Assembly (NCBI GenBank): GCA_964016885.1
Contig: OZ024743.1
Span: forward strand, 157,108,001 to 157,172,000
DNA length: 64,000 nt
Reading direction: 5' to 3'
Origin: Eledone cirrhosa
Lineage: Eukaryota
Shown here: in pieces, positions 54,867-64,000 of the stretch
How the letters are laid out: the number at the start of each line of letters is the position of its first letter
How positions within the stretch are numbered: position 1 is the stretch's first letter
The notes under the pieces: model-generated
The model's database searches: none
Told to the model about the DNA's origin: nothing
Seen by the model: only the letters and a program-made list of their open reading frames with translations
Translations under genes and position numbers: made by a program

Positions 54867-56221
54867 TAGATATATTCATTTTTTATTCTATTTTAGATTT
54901 ATGCTTTTAGATCTTGTCTTATTAAGGCAAATTATTTAATATATATCAAGTCAACTCAGGTTTTATTTTTCGTTCTGAGGTTGATTTTTGTTCTGCTATG
55001 CCAGGAGAATGTGGAAGGATAGCCTCGTGTCAGTGCTGAAAGAAACAGATGATAGAGAAGTAGTGTTATAGAGAGAACTGGACCATATAGATAAAGTAAT
55101 TAGTGGAATATTCATACAATGGGGGATTGTGATAAATGACCAGCACACAGCAAACAGGAAGCGAAAATGACAGTTAAGCGAATATGCAGTGAAATATAAG
55201 AAGGGGTAGACACATGAGTATTAAGGAAAGATGTAGCATGTATAAGTGAGAAGTGAGAAACGGAATGCTAGAACATACAAATGCATTAGAGAAGTAAGGC
55301 ACTTAAATAAATAATGGAGAATGGCTATTTTGTATACAGAGGGGGAAAGTGTTAATACGAAATGAGGAGAAAAGATGGAAAGAAGTAGTTGTCTAAAATA
55401 GGGAGCACAAACATGGCTATGTAGATTTACAGGATGTGATATCTTAACAGTGTTTCATAGCTACGTTGTTTTGTGTTTCACACACCATGCAACACCTTGT
55501 GCAAATGAATTCTAACATAGCCTGGGGTCGAATTGATCAGAACCGTGTGAGGACAAATTGGCTAGGTAAAACTATGTTAAAGACTGTTCATATACTCGAT
55601 TGGTAGGTTGAATGTCATCTAGGCATTGGGAGACTTTAGCAAAGAGAATACTGTTGCAACTCCCGGTCTAATTCTCCGGTCTCTGGATAGACAAATTTAT
55701 TGAGAGTAAAGTGTATTATCGATTGACATAAGGAGAAACTAGAAACAGAAAATGAACTACATGGTTTTATGTATAATAGTCTATTAATTCCCACATCTGC
55801 GTTTGGACAAAGGGCGGATCTTTTAAACTCATTTCTCTCGAATTACAGCGCATCTGTAACCTTAAAGCTTATGATGCTATTTTCTTACAGTATCATGTTT
55901 CTGACCTACACACATGTTTCATCTAGCCTGCCTTTTATATGAAAGGATAGTAACATTTACTAAAACAAAAAGAGAATGATAAATTATTTTTATGTTCTGG
56001 GTCAATATACTGATTTATAGTGCATAGGTATAAGTTTTATACGTTCATGTGTTTATGTGAAATGCATTGAGTTTCTATATGTATTTGTGTGCATGGTGTT
56101 TATTGGTGTTTTCATATATGTGTATAATTGCGGTGTGTTGAGATTCTATATATTCATGCGAACTGGGTGGTTTGAAATTACGGGTGCTATACGTTTTTCA
56201 TGTGTGCTAAATTCAGCTTGA

Positions 56222-56275
<54 letters not shown>

Positions 56276-56279
<4 letters not shown>

Positions 56280-56482
56280 ATAATAATAAATTTGAAGACT
56301 AAAATCCAAAGAGGGCTCGATAAGGATAAATATATATCAAATATATAAGAACCGTAGGGCAAATATCTGTCTTCCCCCGGTTGCAACGTTTTTTTGAAAT
56401 ATCCAGTTCTGCGTTTACAGATTGACTTCGTTAGTTTCAGAAGATCCCGTTAAGGGTGAAAGCAGCGATTCTTTGCTTAAAC

Positions 56483-56490
<8 letters not shown>
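56276..56490. mobile_element. Short family A insertion: inverted tail plus forward arm
   Basis: 56276-56360 is the reverse complement of 5397-5481; 56370-56488 matches 5260-5376. Confidence 0.82.
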
Positions 56491-56561
<71 letters not shown>

Positions 56562-56563
<2 letters not shown>

Positions 56564-56744
56564 ACGGAGGAAATGTGGTAAGGAACCAGGTGGACCATAA
56601 CGCACCAAAGTACTCAATACTTAGGGTAGTAGAGTGGGTAATAGGAACGAGTAGGGCCCCGACGGCTCAGCTCAAGCCGTTTCGACGGCTAATTCAATTA
56701 GCCGTCGAAACGGCTTGAGCTCAGCCATCGGGGTCCTACTCGTT

Positions 56745-56749
<5 letters not shown>
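56562..56749. mobile_element. Family B hairpin element
   Basis: Near-perfect ~54-bp arms with a 1-nt loop (AATT-C-AATT) plus a left-arm tail; TA tracts on both sides. Confidence 0.85.
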
Positions 56750-56800
<51 letters not shown>

Positions 56801-57856
56801 ATGTATGTGATGTACGACCTATGTTTTGAATATAATATACTTGTATGCACATGACGGTTGTGTCCAAAAGGTTAACAGAATCCAATATATTAAAGATATG
56901 TGTGTGTATACATGCAGAATTTTGGAGCGTTAAACTGAGAACATAACAAAAGATACGCGTGCGTATGTGTGTACTCATACGTTTATGAATGCGCTGCTGT
57001 GAGTGCGTGAATGTGAAATGTTGTTTATGTGAGTGAGCAATTTGTTATGGGGGGTTTGTTGGGTATTTTTGAAAGAATTAAAATGAAAACAAAACAAAAC
57101 AAGTTTTCATAAGCGAATGTAAGTAATATATATATAGATATAGATAGCTAGATCAATAGATATAGTTATTGATATGCTGTTTTTTTTTCATGTGTGAGAA
57201 AGAGAGAAAGCATGTATTTGCATGTGCGTGTGTAAATGTAGGCGTGCGTGCATATCAGAAAGCGTTCAGCCGAGGAAATTATATATGATTTTTTTAATAT
57301 GTGCATATGTGCCAGTGTTTGTATATATAGATGATTTAATGTTACTTTACCTCTCCCTCACTGTATATGTGGTAGTGTATATGTGCGTGTGTATGTGTAT
57401 AAGAAAAGGTAAATCGGGTTCATAAAGTTGCCCTAACTCATAAACATAATTTCATTAATGATTTATGTTATTTGTTTCATTTATTTTAATATTTTTTATT
57501 CTACTTTTTTTAAATGTTAGTGGTGATAGTAGTAGTGTTAAAAATGAATACTTTTCCTCAAGTCCAAAACAACACTCCGTGGTGGGTAGTTATATATATA
57601 TTTCTTTTTACTTCCTTAGTTTTTTTATTGTTTGTTTTGTTTTTGTTTTTGTTGTTTTTTCCATGTATTATTATGAGTTAGTTTTTATTTTTAAATACAT
57701 TTCTAAGCCTCTCTTTTAAATGCTTTGTTGGTTGTTATTTTTATTTCATTTCTTTCTAACAGGCTGTATTTATAATATTTTGCTATAACAATAAAAACAA
57801 GAACAACGACAAGAAGATCAGCAACAGCAATTAATTATTACACCATCAACACTACC

Positions 57857-57865
57857 TGTAGTAGT

Positions 57866-57926
<61 letters not shown>

Positions 57927-57978
57927 TGAGGTGGTGGTGGTGGTGGTGGTGGTGGTAGTGGCGGCGGCGGTGGTGGTC

Positions 57979-58060
<82 letters not shown>

Positions 58061-58152
58061 TAATACTAGTAGTAGTAGTAGTGGTAGTAGTAGTAGTAGT
58101 AGTAGTGGTGGTAGTGGTGGTGGTGGTGGTGGTGGTAGTAGTGGTAATAGTA
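57857..58152. repeat. (GTA)n/(GTG)n microsatellite
   Basis: Read directly. Confidence 0.95.
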
Positions 58153-58607
58153 TGAGAAGAAAGCAAAAAGATGCAAACATACAAACAAAGAATGTATTTT
58201 GTAAGGTGAAAAATATCAAATGAAAAATTAATGGTTTCAATATTTTTTCCGACTACTAAAATTATCGTTATTTTTCATCAAAATCCCCTCTTTCCAAATC
58301 TTTTAAAAATATATTTTGCTTTGATTCCTTCTTCACGCTGCGGATAGAATTATTGTGTGAAGAAATAACTAAATATAAAAATGTCAGGAAGTAGTTTAAG
58401 GGTTACTTTACCAAAGGTAACTGGGTATAACTAATTGCAAGTAATTCTACGTTTAAAATTTCTCTTATGGAACAAGACCAAATAAAAAAACTAAACAATG
58501 CCTAAAACTTAATACAAGCTACATTCACATACATGCACATATACATATATACATATGTACATACATACATACATACGTACATACAAACGTACGTACATAC
58601 ATACATA

Positions 58608-58960
58608 ATGGCTGCCCCCTCGTTATCGAGTATGCTCATTGCACGATATACCATTATTAATAATTATGAATTAATTATATCGTGCAATGTCTGTGAGTGA
58701 AGATATTTTTTTTAAAGTGAGGAAAAACTTTGCAGTGAGCCAATCCCACTCTCTGAGCGACAGTAGCTATAACCCGAAAAGAAGAAAAGATAAACATCAT
58801 CGGGAACTACTGAGCCCCAGGTTTTATATCGGAGTTATCCGACATTCCTGAGTTGCCTTCTCCTAGAAGAATGCCCTGAGAAAGACTAGGGGTCCTTCAC
58901 TCCCAGTGGCTTAACCGCGAGATCGGCTGTCCAGCCCGACTATTTCTATGCCCCGGCGCA
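58608..58960 (-). mobile_element. RTE-related short non-autonomous element
   Basis: TCTAGGAGAAGGCAACTC..ATAAAACC (RTE 5'UTR-like motif); 3' end CTCGATAACGAGGGGGCAGCCAT + (ATGT)n. Confidence 0.65.
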
Positions 58961-59084
58961 TATATATACACATGATCCCATGTATATACACATATGTCCA
59001 TATGTATATACATATTTTGGATAGCCGTTGACCCTTATGGGTTCTTCCGCCCTGTACATACATACATGCACATATAATATATAC

Positions 59085-59540
59085 ATGGTGGATGCCAACT
59101 CGTTTTCGAGTACGGCCACTACTTTATATCCATGTAGGAGAACCCCCACCGATGCGCTGAACGAGTGTGACTTCTCAGTCCAGCCAGCGACTTGAAAACT
59201 CTGGTACAAACACTACACTTGTGACAATTATTGACACATAGTGCTGGGCCCATGCTACCATCTGATGACAAGTGCAAAGAGATCTCAAGATATAAAGCAA
59301 TGCCTCTGCCGTGAAGCTTTTATAGTGAGCAAAGGCACTGCACAAAGCCAGTCCCACTCTCTTAACCAAGATGATATTTACCAAAAAGAAGAACAAGTCA
59401 ACATCATTGGATACCATCAGAGTTGCAGGTGTGATATCAGAGTTTTCCTTCTCCGAGAATTCTGCCTTGACAAAGGCTAAGGGGTCATCTCTCTCAGTGA
59501 TTTTGGATGGCCATTGACTCTTAAGAGCTCCTTTGCCCTT
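59085..59540 (-). mobile_element. RTE-derived non-autonomous element, 5'-truncated
   Basis: Copy of 59704-60138. Confidence 0.88.
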
Positions 59541-59703
59541 TATATATATATACATACATACATATACACATACATATACATACATATATACATATACATA
59601 TACATATATACATACATACATACATATACACATACACATACATACACACATACATATACATATACACATACATACACATACATATACATATACATACATA
59701 TAT

Positions 59704-60292
59704 ATGGTGGCTGCCAACTCGTTTTCGAGTACGTCCACTACTTTATATCCATGTAGGAGAACCCCTACCGATGTGCTGAACGAGTGTGACTTTTTAGTCC
59801 ACACCACCGACTTGAAAACTCTGGTACAAACACTACACTTGTGACAATTATTGACACATAGTGCTGGGCCCATGGTACCATGTGATGACAAGTGCAGAGA
59901 GATCTCCGGATATAAAGCAATGCCTGTGCCGTGAAGCTTTTATAGTGAGCAAAGGCACTGCACAAAGCCAGTCCCACTCTCTTAACCAAGATGATATTTA
60001 CCATTGGATACCATCAGGGTTGCATGTGTTATATCAGAATTTTCCTTCTCGTAGAATTCTGCCTTGACAAAGGCTAAGGGGTCATCTCTCCCGGTGATTT
60101 TGGATGGCCATTGACTCTTAAGATCTCCTTTGCCCTTTGAGAGGTTTTGTTTTTAGTCCTGCAGGATGTCCAAAGTCACCCTCCTCACCATGAAACCTTG
60201 GTGGGGTTGCCAGTTTAGTCGCCAACGACCCGACCATGAGACAGGTTGTACTGGGATACATGTTACCAGTAGCACCAACTGGTGACCTAACC
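59704..60292 (-). mobile_element. RTE-derived bipartite non-autonomous element (near full length)
   Basis: 5'UTR-like head + C2H2 remnant ([20 protein letters not shown]) + RTE-like 3' end. Confidence 0.85.
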
Positions 60293-60342
60293 ATACATAT
60301 ATACATACATACATATATACATACATAAAAAAAATCAACTCT

Positions 60343-60626
60343 GACAATCCGTCGGTTACGACAGTGGTTCAATTCAACGCAACATCATGCTCGTTAAATT
60401 CCAAAACACCCGTACCATAACATAGTTCCTGGGGGGATTCAGCGTAGTGCAGAATGTGACAAGTCTGGCCCTTCGAATTAAAGGTACAGGTCCTTTTTGC
60501 CGGTTGAGTTTTGCAGTAACGTAGAATATTGTATCTTGTTCAAGGAAACAATGCGCCCACGAGAATCGAACCCATAACCTTACAATCATGAGCCGACCGA
60601 ATACACTAACCACTACGCCACGCGCC
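60343..60626 (-). mobile_element. tRNA-derived SINE (second family)
   Basis: A box TGGCGTAGTGG, B box GGTTCGATTCT. Confidence 0.8.
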
Positions 60627-60651
60627 AGCAGACATGTACACCTACGTACAT

Positions 60652-63600
60652 ACATGATGGCTGCAAACTCTGCCAAGAATATTGCAAGCGCATGTCAGAT
60701 TCAGATGTGGGACGCTCGGATATGGCTTTTTAAGCCTGCTAGAGACTTGCAATCCTTCACACACTGACGACAACTATGGATCTACCTGGCTTGAGGTCCC
60801 GCATCAGGTTGCCCGTGAACCCTCACAACACCGTGGAGATCATAGTTCACTGGTTCTCTTTGAACATGGCTGCGACTGTGGCTCCTGAGACCAGATTTGC
60901 TCAAGCAAATTTTTCCTCGCTCAGGGCACTTCAATTCAATGGAGACACCGATCGTTTAGAGAGATACACCAGGGCATTGCTTACGCACATCCCTTTTGAT
61001 CTTCTCGTGCTCTATGCGTCTGTCCTCAAAATTATAGACACATCATTCACCATTCCACGCCAAGTCTCTCTTTCAAGAGCTTCTATCTCCCAGTCAGCCA
61101 TCATCAAACCGGTTGTTTTCAATGAGTTCTTTACACAATCCTTGAATCGGAACTTTGGTTTTTGAGGTTGTATCTTACCCTCACAAAGCTCACCATACAA
61201 TAGTTGTTTTGGGACTCGATCATCATCCATTCTGTAGAGGTGTCCGGTCCATCGCAAACGCCGTTGGTGGATGATACTCTCAATGTTCCGACACTCACTT
61301 CTCTCAAGGACCTCAACATCACTCATGCATCTGCCACTTGATACCAAGCATCTTTCTGAGACACTGCTGGTGAAACCGTTCCAGTCTGTGGACATGCCGT
61401 TTGTAGCAACCCATGTCTCACTCACATGAATACAGCAAAGCTGGTAGTACACATGCAGCATACACTCTCACCTTGGTCCTCATTGTGATTCCTCGCCTGC
61501 ACCAAAGACTGTCGTTGAGCCCTCAAAATGACTCGTTTTCCTTACTAACACGTAGACCAACTTCTGCCTTCAGAGAGCAGGTCACACTCCCCAAATACAC
61601 AAATGTGACAGCAGCCTTCAGCTTTTGACCGTATACGTTTATGGATGGTTCATTGAAAAAACTTATGCGGAGCAGATTGGTACATGACGACAGTCTTCTT
61701 TAGACTGATTGTCGTCCCAAAGCACTGAACTCATTGGAAAAAGAATCCATAAGGTGTCACTCTGGGAGTGTGCAAAGAGATCACAATCATCTGCATATAA
61801 CATTTCTCTGATCAAGGTACTCAGTATATTAATGTTGGCAGTGAGACTCCTAAGTTTAAACAGCTTGCCGGAAGTGCGATATCTGAGATAGATACCGTGT
61901 TGACAATCCTTGAAGGACATGAAGAACACCATCGCGAAATATAAGGTAAACAAAGTTGGTGCAGGTATATCACCCTGCTTGACACCATTTTCAACCGAGA
62001 TTGGCTCAGACAGTTTACCTACAACATTCACCCATGCCTGCATGTCATCGAGTAAGAGATTCATAATGTTCACAAACTTTTCAGGACAGCCCAATCTCTC
62101 AAAAATAATCCACAAAGCCTTCCGATTAACGGTTTCAAATGCCTTGGTCAGATCGACAAAAATTTGGTATAAGTCCATGCGCTGCTCAATTTGTCTGAAG
62201 ATGTCTGGCCGAGAAGATCGTGTCAACAATGCCTCTGCCGTTCCTAAAGCCACATTGGGACTAAGGACGTACTTCAACAGCAATGTGCTGTATCAATCTG
62301 TCCAACAATATCCTGCACATGATTTTCACAGCCACAGATAGCAGTGAAATACCTCTGTAGTTGCCACAGTCATCTTTGGCTCCCTTTCCTTTGTAAAGTA
62401 CACCATCAATTCATCTTTCCGATACTGTGGCACCACTTCTTCATTCCAAACATTCACAAAGAGAACAGTGGGGCGGTTTAAGAAGTTATCACTAGCACAC
62501 TTTTAAATCTCGGTACTCAGTCCATCCATTCCAGGTGACTTGGCGCTGTTTAATTTGGCAATGGCCTTCGCCACCTCATCAAATGAAGGGGCTCAGCCAT
62601 TGCCAGCTTCGTAGGTCTGGATGGAATCGACCGGATTAACTCATCATCAATTTCTGATGGTCTGTTGAGAAGCTCATGAAAGTGGTCATGCCACCTGATC
62701 AGGATTTCCTTCAGATCTCTGAGCAATTCATTGCCGTCCCGGGTGCGAAGTGGTGATATTCGTGAACCGGTCGGACCATACACCTCCCTGAGCAGAATGT
62801 ATAGGAGCTTTGTATCATGTCTATCTGAGGCCTTCTGGATTTCCTCAGCCTTTTGGCTCCACCAGGTATCCTGCATGGCTGTCAATCGGTGTTGCACACG
62901 TGCCTTGATCTACCTGAGGGTCCGGTCACTCCTGTCAGAACGTGTCTCACACAACAATGATGTCAGCATTTTTGTTTCTCTTCAAGCAAGTCTGGATCAC
63001 TGCATCATTTTCATCGAACCAGTCTTTATGCTTTCTATTGGTATGACCCAAAACTTCAGCACTAACATCATAGACGGTCTTCTTAAATGATTCCCAAGTG
63101 TTTTCATATTCCATGGACTCAAGGGACCTTGACAGCTCAGCTCTAACTTTCTCTGTTTTCAGACGAGCCACGTTTAGTTGTTTTGGAAGTGCAACCTTCT
63201 TCCCCCTTAATTTGGGCTTCACAACAAATTGAAACTTGGCGCGCACCAGACGATGATCAGTCCAACATTCCGCGCCTCACAATAGACGAACCAATGTGAT
63301 ATCCTTGATATCACGTTTTCTCGTTAAAACGAAGTCAATAAGGTGCCACATCTTAGAACCTTGATGCATCCAAGTTATCTTATATTTGTCTTTCTGATGA
63401 AAGAGCGTGTTCCCAACAACAAGATCCATCTCAGTGCACATCTGCAACAGAAGTAGGCCATTGTTATTGCACTTACCTACTCCATGCCTGCCCATCACAC
63501 TCCAAGCTTCCCAGTCATTACCAACACGTGCATTAAAATCACCAAGGATGACAATCTTGTCTGCATAAGGTATACTATGTATGACCTCTCTCAAAGACAT

Positions 63601-64000
63601 GTAGAAACTTAGTTTTTCATCATCACTAGCACATATAGTAGGAGCGTACACACTGACCAGAGTCACAAAGCCGTTTTGAATAAGAGGGACTCTCATGGAC
63701 ATTATCCGACAATTGAATCCACAAGGAAGATTTTCTAGCTTTGAGACGATTCCATTCCTGACTGCAAATGCGATCCCTGCTTCTCTCCTACAACCCTCTG
63801 TTCCACCACTCCAATAGAAGGTATATCCTCCCTTCTGTTCTGTGAATTTACCCTCACCTGCCAATCTCGTTTCTGAAAGAGCTACGATGTCCATGCTATA
63901 GCGATCGAGTTCCCTCGACACCAAAGCAGATTTTCTTTCAGTGCGAGTTTTACTGGATTGGGAATCCAGTAAAGTTCTCACATTCCAACATCCGATATTA
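60652..64000 (-). mobile_element. RTE-clade LINE, single ORF (APE + RT + C-terminal C2H2), frameshifted, running off the window end
   Basis: WNVRTL, LSETRL, YAPT, GDFNARVG, DHRLV; FVDLTKAF, GVKQGD, YADD; RRLRWTGH; CRQCVKDCKSLAGLKSHIRASH; 3' end GAGTTTGCAGCCATCATGTA. Confidence 0.95.

Noticed and set aside
60200-60292. Possible HDV-like ribozyme in the RTE-derived heads (also 58870-58945)
   Set aside because: Some pairings exist, but I could not build the full nested double pseudoknot; a descriptor search is needed.
60550-60626. tRNA gene
   Set aside because: It is a SINE head with A and B boxes but no intact cloverleaf, followed by SINE body.

Overview
AT-rich animal DNA made almost entirely of transposable-element pieces and microsatellites. 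The SINE families and (TA)n/(GTA)n density suggest a cephalopod such as Octopus (inference). No intact host gene was recognised; there is one candidate terminal exon at 22708-22784. Recognisable content: many Penelope-like element (PLE) fragments, including GIY-YIG endonuclease remnants and one long RT+GIY-YIG copy; about 16 type-I minimal hammerhead ribozyme motifs from about 7 families; a decayed full-length Ty3/Gypsy element (42510-47557); a decayed RTE-clade LINE (60652-64000); RTE-derived bipartite non-autonomous elements; tRNA-derived SINEs; two non-autonomous Helitrons; and several MITE-like elements. The most striking pattern is that PLE-type termini, most carrying a hammerhead, sit inside (TA)n tracts as two outward-facing arms. 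One arm carries an extra 3' tail, usually with a GAGTGC-like motif, and the other stops at an internal TA-rich site. This recurs across unrelated families. All coordinates and pairings were read by eye.
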